DNA from: the human T2T-CHM13v2.0 reference genome, Homo sapiens
Reading direction: 5' to 3' (one strand)
Length of the DNA: 64,000 nucleotides
NCBI RefSeq assembly: GCF_009914755.1
Contig: NC_060927.1
In this document: one piece after another, positions 1 to 12,930 of the stretch
Layout: each line of letters begins with the position of its first letter
Position numbering within the stretch: position 1 is the stretch's first letter
The notes under the pieces: generated by a model
What the model was told of the DNA's origin: nothing
What the model saw: the letters and a program-made list of their open reading frames with translations, nothing else
The model's database searches: none
Translations under genes and position numbers: made by a program

Positions 1-751
1 ATCATTCCAGCTCTATTTGTACAGCTCTTATGGAAGCACTACTCAAAGAGTAGATCTGGCAGACCCAGGCTGGTCAGCAAACAATTTCCTACATCCATAG
101 AATAAGATAAGAATTGAAATTGCAACTAGGCATTTAGAAACCTTAATATCAATTTAGGATTGCTGTGACATTCACATGTGGAGATTTAAAAACATCAGTT
201 CTCAATGGATTAGAAATTTAAAATCCAGAAAGAAAAACGAGTTACTTCATCATAGTTGGTTTGAGAAGTACTGCTTTACAGTCTCCCAAAGTATTTTCAC
301 ACATAATATAATATTCAGTTTAAGCTGTGATATCAGGAATGATATTGTTTGCATCTTGTAAGTGTAAAGCAAGCAAGCAAACAAACAAACAAACAAAAAA
401 CCTGAGGGATAGAAAATGTTTGGAATTTTTCAAAACACATATCTTGTAAGTGGTAGAACTTTTTATTCCAAATCTGGTGTGTTTTTTTTTTCTGTCCTAT
501 TGCTTATCTATTAGGGGTGCCTCAGAGTAACTGTCTTCATTCAGCCTGGTCAAAACGGTATGGATATAATCATTTTGGGATGATTTAGGGATCACTAGAG
601 AGCCACTGACTGCCTGTGAGTTTTATCTGTTAACACAACTTAATCTAGTATTTGTCTTCAAGAAAATGAAAAATTATATATAATATATATATTCTTTTGA
701 CTAAGAATGACACTAAAGGCTGACTTACTTTCTCATGTTTTCATTTAACCC

Positions 752-845
752 TTCAATCAACTGACATTTATTACGTTTATTGAGCACCTACTATGTCTCA
801 TGCCTTGTGCTCAGTGCTGGGTAAATATGAAGAACAGAACAGCTT
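752..845 (-). mobile_element. L2 LINE 3' end fragment
   Basis: tttattgagcacctactatgtctcatgccttgtgctcagtgctggg is the reverse complement of the L2 3' terminus. Confidence 0.65.
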
Positions 846-2174
846 TTCCATAATGATTTCATGGATAGAAAATAGTACAGGGGTTAGAACAAGTTTTCTT
901 ATATTTTTGATTTTTTTTTTTACCAATTAAAGTTATCCAAAACTCAATTTTCCTGTTTTGTAGTACAAAATCTTTGAAAGAATTCCATCTAATGTGAAAA
1001 TAACATTCTGTACAGCTTCACCCTGCTGCAAGCTACTAAGCATTAGCTTCTGTCTAAATGTTCTTTCTTTCTCTAATTGCTTTCTTTAGGATCACTAATC
1101 TTCCAAAGAATCATTGTTTACATTATGTGTTTGCCCATTAAGCAGAGAAGCACTTCTTTCCACACTTTTCCCATTCCAAGGAAGGATTAAGAGCAACTGT
1201 TAACACAATTAAAGCTCAGTTTAATTTCTATGATCCATTTGCTTTTGCAGTAAAACACCATTACTGTGAACCCCTAGAGGGTTGTAACTACCATGGGATC
1301 AGGTTTATTCGCCTGCCCTAAGTGACCTGTACAGGAAAAAGGCAAAACTTACCATGTGGAACACCAAAACACTGAGACTCGATAAACAAGGTCATTTCAG
1401 ATACTCTTTCTGTTTGCATAGGAATGGGCATTTTCATAACTACCCTGCTTTGGCTCTGTATGAAACTGAGCACCAACCCAGCAAACACTGTACCCAAACA
1501 TCGATTACAGCCTGAAGTAGGGCCTCAAAAGCACAGTGGCCTGGAATTTTGATCCACTAAGGAAATCAATTCAAGAGCAGATGCCCTCAATATATGACCC
1601 ATTCTCTGAGACTGTGATTCTAGGGAGCACGCACATTCCCAGAAACGTGTTAGATTAGAAGGATGACAGCAGTGTCACACACACTTTGGTAGTTATTTAA
1701 AGTTAATTAATTTAACCTGACCTTTCCATATAAATATAAGGCACAATAGACGACTGGTGGTAATTGATTCTGGAGAGCCTCGGAAATGGTTCAAGGAAAA
1801 CACAGCTGTGCTGTATAGCAGTTCTTGTTTGCTCTGGATTATAAACTATTTTTAGTACTTAGTTAATAAAGCTAATTTTCTTAAGGGGCCTGCAGTGAAA
1901 TGTGTGAGCTGCTATGTCAGATGCTGATAGAATTGGGATTTGTAATGGACGAACCTAAGAAAATTAACTCCACCAATGCGGACTCACTTTTAGAGCTGAG
2001 GCATCAGCGTACCTGCTTGTAGAGATATCTAATCAAAGTAATCAGAATCTATTTTATGGTTTTCCACAATAAATTTATTTGGGAAGTTACAGATGAACTT
2101 CTTCAATACATCTGTTATCTCTATTTTATGTGTTGATATACTATTAATTTTAATTACAACAGCAATGAAGATTT

Positions 2175-2525
2175 CATGATAAAATGATAAACAACTTATA
2201 TTAAGTGCTATTTGTAAGTACCTTAAATATATTCTTCCATTTTAAGATGCTGATCTTTTCCCATTTTGACATCTTTGAAATTGATGGTGTATCATAACAT
2301 TGCATCTTCGAACTGATGACATCTTAGGTTCAGTAAAATATAGTAACTGATGCAATCCTCTAGGCAACTTCCTGAGGAGATATTATTACTACGTCTTACA
2401 CATGAGGAAACTAAGGTATAGAGAGATCTTAAGTAACTTATCCAGGTGATGTAGCTCATAAAAACGAGAGTTTGGATTTGAAAGCAAGCAGTCTGACTGT
2501 GGATTCAAATTCTTAATTACTATGA
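2175..2525 (-). mobile_element. MIR SINE, interrupted by a MER104-like element
   Basis: catgaggaaactaaggtatagagag..ttaagtaacttatccagg..ggatttgaaagcaagcagtctgact matches the reverse MIR core. Confidence 0.75.
2229..2343. mobile_element. MER104-like non-autonomous TcMar DNA transposon
   Basis: ttttaagatgc..cattttgacatctttgaaattg..gacatcttaggttcagtaaaatatag followed by TA; resembles the recalled MER104 consensus. Confidence 0.55.
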
Positions 2526-2679
2526 GATATTGTCTCATGAACTCATTTAAATACAACTCAAGTGCCATGTGAGCAAGCCTGTTTCATAAGGAACTCCCTA
2601 CTATCAGTTTCATGAGTGCTACAGCAGTATGAAGGCATTAATATGCGTAAAAAGAAAAATTAGTATTGTTTTGTGTATG

Positions 2680-2965
2680 TTTACAGAAAAGTGTATCATA
2701 CGTTGAAAATCTATTTTGTGTTTTCACTCACTAATATCTGCATGAAGTCCTTTTTATTTTTCAACTTTTATTTTAACAGCTGCATAGTATTCCACTACAT
2801 GACTGCACATGTAAGCAATTTTCATGCTTCCATGTTTCCATTGTTATAAACAGCACTGTAATGAAACATATTTAAATGCTCTCATTGAAACAAGTGATTC
2901 TTTCTCTAGGTAGGTTCCATGAAGTGGAATTTCTGAGTCATGGATGTGCTTCTATTTTCTATTGA
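2680..2965 (-). mobile_element. Old L1M (L1MC/ME-type) 3' fragment
   Basis: gctgcatagtattccact, ttgttataaacagcactgtaatgaa, gaagtggaatttctgagtca: reverse L1 ORF2-end/3'UTR motifs. Confidence 0.6.
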
Positions 2966-4445
2966 GAAGATTTAAATATTTTAGCTGTAACACGACATGC
3001 CTGTCATATAGCATTTTGTTACTAAGATTAGCAAGTTATTTTCAACTATATATCACAGCAGTTATTTATCAAGCACATTTGAAGTTCTTTTTTGCATTTA
3101 TGTGGGAAAGACCTTATAAAACAATTTTTATTTAGGTTCATACAAACCCTAAAGCTATTTTATAAAAAGAGCCATGTACATTTGGAGAGCAGGAGGGTAG
3201 GACAGAACTTGCTGCCAACAGTAGTTCTCTTGTGATACACTACCAGAAAAAATATGTGCCTTTGTTATTTTTCATCATTTGAATACTTCTCAAGTTTGTA
3301 AAACACATCAAGATAGAAACACTTTGCTTGTCTTGAATGACATTAACAAGGAAACAAATGATATGAAAATTTACCTCTTGTTGAATTTTTAAAAATCATG
3401 AATGGAAAAAAAATCCTGTGTTTGTCATGTTCTTTAAGTACAATGAGTTTAGTCCTCTTGACTCCAAAGTGTTTGTTTTCATAAATGATTTCTGCCAAAC
3501 TAGTGTTGTCTAAGTGACAGACTGTCTTCTCTGGAGAGGACACATGGGATCCGTTTATTGCCATCTCTGGGATTAGAGTGCTGGCTCTCAGCTACTTTTG
3601 CAGATGCTTCTTGTCTTTGTTCTTAATATAGTTGTTTAGCATTAAGAACAGTTATGTCATCAAAACACCTAATACGAATAGCAAGACTGTACTCTTGAAG
3701 TGGTGTAGGCTTTTGTGTATTAGCTGATCTGCTGTAAACTTCCTTCTTCAAAGGCAGGAAGCTATTAAGATGAATTTATTACTATAGGTATGAAGTCCTC
3801 ACACATCCTAAATACAACGCTTTTCTCACCGCTGTTGTAATATGCCACAGCACTTCAATTAAAAAATAGTCACAGAGGTCAGGAATCACTAAACATAAAA
3901 TAAGCAGCTGTCTCTGAGCCGCTAGGCGCTTCATTGAAAAGGGCACCAGAGAGTCCTCATTTGGAGAGTTACATAAAAACTTCAGCTTTGGAGGATGCAT
4001 GACTATATAACACTACAGTTGGTTTTATAAGGTCATCCCTTTAATATTACAATGAATAGGAGAAAAGCGTGGACAGTCATACTTTTTTAATGGTTTCATC
4101 TTTCAAGGAAAAGAATGTGCAAGTGGGGGAACAAACTCTTCTTTCATGTAATCTCAAAATGTTAAATCAGTCCACCAAATTAGAGTCTGGCCACAATTTG
4201 TCTCTCCCTGGCATCATTAAAGCTAATAAATGCAATTATTTTTTAAATATGTAAAAATACTATGGGTATGCAAATAGCATGCAAATTAAGCCAAATGAAG
4301 TATTTCAAATGACATTATGGTTTCCTACCTTGGCCTTTTTTAAAGGTTCCAGAAGCATAAAATGACTATAAAAGAATGATTTTGTTACAAAAAAAGTGAT
4401 CTAGATCAGTAGGATCAGCCTCACTTATGAGCACTGCGTTAGAAA

Positions 4446-6813
4446 CAGTTATACCTCATTTTATTGCACTTTGCTTTACTGTGTTTCACAGATACTGTGT
4501 TTGAAGGTTTGTGGCAATGCTGTGTCAAGCTTCTATTGGCACCATTTTTCCAACAGCATGTGCTCACTTCGTGTTTCTGTCACATTTTGGTAATTCTTGC
4601 AATATTCAAATTCTTTCACTATATCTGTCATGTTGATCTGTGATCAATGATCCTTAATGTTACTATTGTAATGGTTTTGGGGCACCATAAACTGTGCCTA
4701 TAAGAGATGGCAAACTTCATTGATAAATGTTGTGTCTGACCTTTCTATCCACCGGTCGACCCATGTCTCTCTCCCTGTCCTTCGGCCTCCCTATCCCCTG
4801 AGACAAAATAATGTTGAAATTAATTTAATTACTAACCCTACAATGGCTTCTAAGTGTTCAAATGAAAAGAAGATTTGCACATTTCTCACGTTAAGTCAAA
4901 AGCTAGAAATGATTAAGCTTAATGAAGAAGGCATGTCAAAAGCTGATACAGACTGAAAGTAGGTCTCTCCTGCCAAACAGTTAGCAATGTTGTGAACGCA
5001 AAGGAAAACTTCTTGAAAAAAATGGAAAATGCTACTTCAGCAAACACATGAATTATAAGAAAGCCAAACAGCCTTATTGCTGATACGAAGAAAGTTTTGG
5101 TGGTCTGGATAGAAGATTAAACAAGCCACACCATTTCCTTAAAGCCAAAGCCTAATCCAGAGCAAAGCCCTAACTCTGTTCAATTCTGTGAAGGCTGAGA
5201 GAGGTGAGGAAGCTGTGGAAGAAAAGTCTGAAGCTAACAGGGGTTGGTTAATGAAGTTTAAGGAAAGAAGCCATGTTCATAACATAAAAATACAAGGTGA
5301 AGCTGCAAGTAGTGATGTAGAAGCTTCAGCAAGTGATCCAGAAGACTTAGCTAAGGTCATTGATGAAGGAAGCTACAGTACACAACAGATTCTCAGTGTA
5401 GACAAACAGCCTTACATTGAAAGAGGATGTCATTTAGGACTTTCATAGCTCTAAGGAAGTTAGTGCCTGGCATCAAATTTTCAAAGGACAGGCTGACTCT
5501 GTTGGGAGAGGCTAATCCCATTGGCGACTTTAAGTTGAAGCCAGTGCTCATTGACCATTCCAAACATCCTATGCCCTTAAGAATGATGCTAAATCTACTC
5601 CACCTGTGCTCTATAAATGAAACAACAAAGCCTGGATGACAGCACATCTGTTTACATATTGATTTACTGATTATTTTAAGTCCACTGTTGAAAACTACTA
5701 CTCATAGAAAAAGATTCCTTTTAAAATATTACTGTCCATTGACAACATACTGGCCACCCAAGAGCTTTAATGGAGATGTACAAGGAGATTAATGTTGTTT
5801 TAATGCCTGCTAACATAAGATGCATTCTGCAACCCATGAATCGAGGAGTAATTTTGACTTTATAGTATTATATTTAAGAAAAACATTTCACAAGGCTATA
5901 GTTGCCATTCTAGTGACTCCTCTGATGGATCTGGGCAATGTAAACTGAAAACCTTCTGGAAAGGACTCATCATTCTAGATGCCATTAAGCATATTCACAA
6001 ATCATGGGAGCAGGTAAAAATATCAACATGAACAAGAATTTGGAAAAAGTTGATTCCAACCCTCATGGATGACTGAGCACTTCAAGATTTCAGCAGAGGA
6101 AGTAACTGCATATGTGATGGAAATAGTAAGAGAACTAGAATTAGAAGTGGAGCCTAAAGATGTTACTGAGTTGTTGCAATCTCAAAATAAAACTTGAATG
6201 GATCTGGAATTGTTCTGGGTGAGCAAAGAAAGTGGTTTCTTGAGATGGAATCAACTCCTAGTGACGATGCTTTGAACATTGTTTGAAATGTCACCAAAGG
6301 ATTTAGAATATTACATTAACTTAGTTAATAAATCAGTGGCAGAGTTTCAGAGGACTGACTGCAATTTTGAAAGAAATTCTACTGTGAGTAAAATGCTATC
6401 AAACAGCATTGCATGCTACAGAGAAATCTTTTGTAAAAAGAAAATGCAGTAAACATCTTTGTCTTTATTTTCAAAAGTTGCCACAGCCATCTCAAACTTC
6501 AGCAACCACCATCCTGTTCAGCCAGCAGGCATCAACATCAAGGCAAGACCTTCCACCAACGGAAAGATTATGACTACGTGGTGCTTCAGATGATTGTAAG
6601 CATTTTTTAGTAATAAAATATGTTTAAATTGAGATATGTACATTGTTGTTTTATACATGATGCTATTGCAAACTTAATAGACTATAGTACAGTATAAACA
6701 TAACTTTTATATGCACTAGAAAACAAAAAATGTGTGTGACTCTCTTTATTGTGATATTTGTTTTATTGTGGTTGTTTGGAACTTGAACTTGCACTAACTC
6801 TGAGTCGTGCCTG
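4446..6813 (+). mobile_element. Tigger1 DNA transposon (TcMar-Tigger/pogo), near full length (~2.37 kb)
   Basis: Left end cagttatacctcattttattgcac, right end ctctgagtcgtgcctg followed by TA; internal transposase homology. Confidence 0.95.
4843..6197 (+). pseudogene. Disrupted Tigger1 transposase (CENP-B-like HTH plus DDE domain)
   Basis: Fragments [47 protein letters not shown] and [22 protein letters not shown] lie in different frames; stop at 4954-4956 and frameshifts. Confidence 0.9.
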
Positions 6814-9079
6814 TACAGAAGCTTGGGAAACATCCCAGAACTTGTAAATCAAAATTTGCATTTTAACAAGATCCCCTGATTCTCAGACATTATAGTTTGA
6901 GAAGCAATGCTCCGGATTCTCAAACATGATAGTCTGAGAAACAGCTAGTAATAATTTAGCTTTCAATTTTCATTAGACCATGTACATGAGCAGTTGCAAC
7001 ACAGTTTTGATTAGCTAATTATGTAGAGTTTTTTTATGAAGAGCATAGCTACTTGAGCACTTTCCCAGTTTCTCCACTTTTCCTCAGAAATTGTACTTAC
7101 ATTCTTTAGATGAAGGTAAAAAGCAATTAAGATGATTATGCTAATAGTAATTGCATTTAGAATATTTACTCTGGAGAATAGTATATAATTTGACTCCTCA
7201 CTATTGAACAAACCCTCATTAAAATATCATTCTGAGAAAATATTGATGCTTATTTGGAGGTGACAGATTTATGCTTTGTCTCCTACCACTTTAAGAAGTG
7301 TACTAAGAAAACAACACATATCATCTCATGGGTTAGTTTGTATGCAGATAAGACTATTATCTATTTTGTTCAAAGTTATGACAATGTCTTGGTAGCTTGT
7401 CTTCTCATCAAGAGCTCAATTTTTTTATTATGTGATTATTTGATCTGTAAGAATTTGTGCCTAGGAAAAATTCAAATTGACTTATAAACTTAAAGATTTA
7501 TATTAATATTTTTTAAAATAATTTATCTCAACATAAACCAACAAATTTCTTTCCCCTCAAAAAATAAAAATAAAACTAAATGATTTTTCTAACCAGACAA
7601 ATGTCTCACCAAATTGACTAAATCAGTTACATATTCTGGGCCTTCATTTTTCACATCTATAAAATAAGATTTTGCCTGATCATGAGGGTTTATGATATAT
7701 ATTCTGATATAAACATTTGTTATCATGTGAATCTACCATTCATCCTTGGTCATGCTATTTCATGAAGTGAATAAACATATACAATTTGACAGCGTTTCCC
7801 AAGATTCCTGAAGCTTGGAATGACATAGGTTTAAAGAAATTTGCCGGAAATGATGAGAAATGCGTTTTGTTGATGCACGATGCTGCCTGCACAGCAAATA
7901 AGGCATATTCACTACAGAAAGGAAAGTCATTTCATTTTTGTTACATTCCATCAGATTGCTGCACATATAAGGCTAGAATTTATGTATGTGGAAAATGGGA
8001 TTATTTAGGCAATGCACATTATTATCATGGAAGTTCTTTCAGCAGCTAATGTAGACTGAACTACATATCAGAACAATCGGTCTGAGACTGAGACATGCTA
8101 CGACATCTCATCCGTTTCACTCTCTTCAGCAGGAAACCATATCTACTAAGTCGAATTTCTTGTCTTTCAAAGGGAATCGGTTTGTGCACCATTTTGTGAT
8201 ATCCTTAGTGTATGTTATGAGAGGGTTGCTAAGGCTTTTAGAGCTGACATGTAGCATAACACACACAATATAAATGCGGATGGTTTGCAAAGAAAAGGGA
8301 GACATAGGATAAGACATATCTGATTGGTTGTTACCATTTTGCAAGAAATAATTAGGATCACTAAGTTTGGAACCTGAAATCTATTTTTCCATAGAAATGA
8401 TATTATAAATGATAATTATATTCTCCAGTCAATTGAGAAATTCCTTTTCAACCCAGAATGTTGTTAAACTGAAATTATCAGGCACTTAGCACAGAGTGTG
8501 CCTTGCAAACAGTAGACAACTCTGAAAGTAGCCTTGCCTAAGTAAATCACCATCCCTTCGCTGGAATTGTTATCTGAGTGCTTCTCCTAATGTCTATCTG
8601 ACATCTAACTTTCTATCCAATATTTATCCCCTAGAAGAGTTGTGTGGCCTCAACTCTGCTATTAAGTTGGTTCTTGACCTTGGCTAGTGGTATGTTAGAG
8701 CCAGCTTGTAAGGGCTCAAAAGAGCTAATTTTTAAATGTTCAGAAATTGTATAAGCCAAGTTTTCAACACAGCCAACATTAAAAAATTAATTACATATCC
8801 TTGCAATTATACTAAAAACACAGGCAATAAATGGCCAGAACTCAACGGTTCTTATTTTACTACATTTTACTATCATCTGTTCTCTAAAGTTTATTTGTGT
8901 GTATTTCATCTGTACAGTGGAAATACTATACAATTGTGTGCTAACGCATAGCTTTTTCCAGCTCCAGATCCAGTGACATTATACAGGGAGATTGAAATTG
9001 ACCATATGGGAATATTTACACGGTGGAAATTGGCAAACATTTTAAATAAAGGTTGATTTATTTGCTTGTTGATTTATAC

Positions 9080-9310
9080 ACGAGGATCATGAAAGTATGA
9101 CCCTCAATCCAAAATTTATCTGCACTTTTTTTTTGTAAATAAAGTTTTTCAGGGAGAATACAGCCATGCTCACTTATTTTCATTTTATCTGTGGCTACTT
9201 TTGAGCAACAATGGCAGAATGCAGTAGATATAACTTGCAGACTATATGGTCCATGAATCCTAAATTAGTTACTATCTGGCTGTTTAAAGAAAAACTTACC
9301 AACTTCTTCT
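9080..9310 (+). mobile_element. MER58A (hAT-Charlie MITE) inside MER63
   Basis: tttttgtaaataaagtttt..acagccatgctca..tactatctggctgtttaaagaaaaacttaccaac. Confidence 0.8.
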
Positions 9311-9911
9311 CTAGATTAAAGAAAGTGGTGGAAAAAATGTTAATAATTTACATAAAAGCATATCATATATGCAGCTGTTACATTGAGAATAGCAGAAAAA
9401 ACAAATGAAAATTTCTTTCAATATTCTAAAATTATTATCCAATTCAGTGAAGTTAAATGAAGTTCCAAAATTCATTTTTTTCTTTCATTCTTCCTTTACT
9501 TGCTAACATAAACTAAAATATCAACTAACATTTGTATTGAACTATACTTATTCACAATAAATTCTTTGCTGAGTCGAATAATAATCAAATACTTACTTAT
9601 ACCCTAATATTGTGACACAATTGTTAGCAACAAAATTTGATGAAAAAAATAGTGAATTTCACAAGTTTACGTAGATTTTATGACAATATTTTTACTGGGA
9701 AAAGAGCAAATGGAGATATAACTCCATTTGTCAAATCATGCTTAAATTGCAATCAGAGATCAGCTATGCATACATAAACCAAGAAAGAATTATGTGAGAA
9801 TCAATTGGTTATAAGACATTTGCAATGAAAAGTTTTATATATTTTACTGTTACTTTAAGTTGTTACACAAATTTTATATCAGTGAAAATTATAATAAACA
9901 TATATATATAT

Positions 9912-9945
9912 TATATTAGGGTTTTCCATGGAAATAGAACAGGGT

Positions 9946-9986
<41 letters not shown>

Positions 9987-10312
9987 AAGAAAGAGAGACC
10001 GATTTATTTAAAGAAATTGGCTCACACAACTGTGAAGGCTCTGTGAGTCTGAAATCTGCAGGAGTTACAGTTATAGTCCAAAATAATTCCTCCTAGCTCA
10101 GTGGAGGTCAGTCTTTGTCTATTAAGGTCTTCAGTTAATTGGATAAGGTCCACCCATATGTGAAGAATGATCTGCTTTACTCAAAGTCCACTGATTTAAG
10201 TGTTAATCTTATCCAAGAAAAAACACCTTCTCAGAAACATCCAGAATAATGTTTGACCAAATATCTGGGCATGATGGCCCAGTCAAGTTGGCACATAAAA
10301 TTAACCATCACA
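9912..10312 (-). mobile_element. MLT2 (ERVL) solo LTR inside MER63
   Basis: Ends gtcaagttggcacataaaattaaccatcaca (reverse of the MLT2 start TGTGATGGTTAATTTTATG); flanks tatat/tagat fit a 5-bp TSD. Confidence 0.85.
9951..9983. repeat. (TG)16 microsatellite within MLT2
   Basis: Read directly. Confidence 0.95.
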
Positions 10313-12479
10313 TAGATACATGGATAATTTTTCTTACAGTATCAGTAAAAATTGGCAGCACACACTGATCCTGGCCTTATCTCAATTCTACCTGTCTTCT
10401 AGTGGCCTGCCTATTTCATCCAGACTGTTTATCTTCCCACCATAAAGTTAAGCCTGGATGATGGAAGAAGGTTTTCCTTCCTCTAAGTCATAGTATAGAT
10501 GTGTCTTGTACTTAATTCGCTGCACAGTGATTGTAGATTTAGTAACCGAATCTGGCTGTGATTAATGGAGTAAAGATGAGGAAGAAAAAAAAAACTTTCT
10601 ACCCCTTTTCTTGGTTCAGAACTGTGCAACATTTGAACTGAGCCCTTTCTGCATTTGACATCCTTTCACCTCCCGTCCTCTCTGAGCACCACCCTTCAAT
10701 GATGCTGCTCATTGTGACTAACTCTGTTCCTTATCCTTTTTGAAGAAATAAAACTCAAGCAGATATTGGATGGATGGCTCAGAAAAACCACAATTTTTAT
10801 GAGTCTTGTTCAGGCCTAGTCTCATGGAATCTTAAAATGCTACATTGTCTGTACTGAACTGGAGTGCATCTGTAGAAAGAAATGGAGGTATAGACAGCTG
10901 ATATATATTTATGTGATAGCATCTAGTCAACATTTGCCAAAGACAATTATAAGCTGATGGGATTTGAGTTCAAATACATGATTAGCATTGACCTCTCATA
11001 AGAAAATCTAATAAAGAGTTGTATATTTTTAAATAGTTCTCCCTACCTAATGACATTAACTTAATTTTTCCCTGTGGTGTGATTGGATCAGCAGTGCCCC
11101 CGTGGGTCCCCTCCCATTACATACTTTCATTCATATGGGTCGGCCAAATGACTAGAACGTCTGCCACTCCATTCAACGCCACACGTTTTCAAAGGATTTA
11201 ACATGTTCCTTTCCTTTTTTGCCCCTCCAAGGATGTCCCCTTGGGAGCAGCATTTATTGATCCTTTCTTATGGATGTGTCAAGTTGCCCCATTATGCTTC
11301 CCACTAGGAGATAAAAGGTCCCTTCTTGAAGGAGAATCACCTACAAATTTTACCTTTGAGAAATTTGTATGAGGACAGGACTTTAATGGATTTCCGTAGT
11401 TTGTGAAGTGACTATTTCATGAAGGGAAATGTCATCAAAGATATTTGGGCTTGTGGATTTAGTCTTAAATAGTTTGTTTCTAAGTATGCCCCTTAATTAT
11501 CTACTACCAATAATTAATTCTGACATTTTAGAAATTATACAAGGAAACTTAACTATGCACATTAATAAAATAGTTTGTAAAAATAAATTTATGAAATGAA
11601 GGGAGAGCATTTGTAGATGGAGAATTTAAAAGAGCAAAAAACAGCAACAACTAAAATCTGAATGTTTTCTAAGTCTAGCAGATGGTAAATTCTATAGAAA
11701 CAAAAATAACACTTTGTTTTAGTTTTTAAACATTTTAAAAATTATTATATGTCAACTTCTGAGTATTAGGGAGGCAAATGGCAACAACACATATGGAATT
11801 TGCTCTCATGGAAATTGTTTAGGAGAAAAATCGTGTGATAGAACAAAAACAAAATAGGTAATAAGAGTAACAAAGATGCTACATAATATTCCTTAGGCCA
11901 CATCTAACAGAAAAATTATAAATTTAAAATCAGACAACAAAGTGTCTAAGACTTACCCTAGGCTCTAGGGAGTCTTAAATAATACACAGAAAAAATACTC
12001 TTGAGATACCATCTTTTCCTATATCACTAAGAATATGTCAGGAATTGAAAAGAAAAAAATGCATGGTTAATTAATTGATAGAATGAGTTAAAATACTGTT
12101 GTTTCTGAATTGTAACAGAAGGTTTTTAAATGGGTTACACATGTCCATTGAAATAATATTAATACTTTGTAAAATAACCTAACTACTTACTAAAAATAAA
12201 TCACAATGAATAAAATTACTGTTAAAATAAAGTGATTAAATGATTAAGAATCTGTTTACTTTCTTTTCCCCCTTTTATTCAAACTCAATAATTGCTCCCC
12301 CCCTTTTTTGGAAAAAACATCTCATAATTTTTTTAAATTCTAGTTAATTATTCCTCAATTGCTTGGTTGCAAAATTTTGTATCAAGTATAACAGTTCAAA
12401 ATTGTATTGCTTCAAAAATGTTCATTAGGTGGTTAAATAACTATGTGGAACTTATAAAAGTAAGCTAGTATGGACTTTC

Positions 12480-12930
12480 AGATTTGCAAATGATTAGAAA
12501 AAATCTTTTATATTGTGGTATATTGCAAAGAGAGAAAGTAAAAAAGTAATAAAATAAAACAAAATAGGGGCCAAGGAAGAGACTTGAAGACCACTAGCAC
12601 TGAATTGAAGTTGGAGGAAGAAGAACCATTGGGAAGCAGATGGAAAAGAGAAAGAGAATAGTAAAAAGGGGTCAGGGATTTCTCGTGGTTCCTAGAGTTT
12701 CATAAGTACCAGAGAGTAGAACAGAGAATCAAACACCAGAAGGAACAACCGAGAGTTTATTAGTAACTTCTGGAATAGTTTTCAGTGTTGCTGCGGAAAC
12801 AGAAGATTAAGAATTGAAATAAAATGGAAACAGCAGGTCTAGTTACTTTTTCAGGAAGCTTGGCTAAAAAGGAAACAGAAAAAAGGGAGAAGGGCAAGTA
12901 GAGGGTAGAGGAGGAATATAAATGAGTAAC
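12480..12930 (-). mobile_element. L2 internal fragment (appears to resume ~14390-14540)
   Basis: Purine-rich reverse-L2 signature: ggggccaaggaagagacttg, ttttcagtgttgctg, actttttcaggaagcttggctaaaaagg. Confidence 0.5.

Larger units (their letters stand above)
4383..6909 (+). mobile_element. MER5A1 (hAT-Charlie MITE) split by Tigger1; halves ~4383-4445 and 6814-6909
   Basis: Left ..gatcagtaggatcagcctcacttatgagc..gttagaaa and right tacagaa..tttgcattttaacaagatcccc..agtttgagaagcaatg join into the MER5A1 consensus. Confidence 0.7.
8685..10367 (+). mobile_element. MER63 (hAT-Blackjack) DNA element containing two nested insertions
   Basis: Start tagtggtatgttagagccagcttg; internal ttttactacattttactatc and gtggaaatactata; end cagcacacactg; flanks accttggc/atcctggc (6/8 identical) fit an 8-bp hAT TSD. 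Confidence 0.75.

Noticed and set aside
1726-1741. CCATATAAATATAAGG as an SRF CArG box
   Set aside because: It has 12 A/T bases between CC and GG; a canonical CArG box has 6.
4720-5639. Transposase-like ORFs as a domesticated TIGD/CENP-B-type gene
   Set aside because: Premature stop at 4954 and frameshifts; the ORFs sit within an ordinary Tigger1 copy with both ends.
7786-8049. 87-aa Cys-containing ORF as a CDS
   Set aside because: Non-ATG start, no recognisable domain and no convincing splice signals; kept only as part of the CpG observation.
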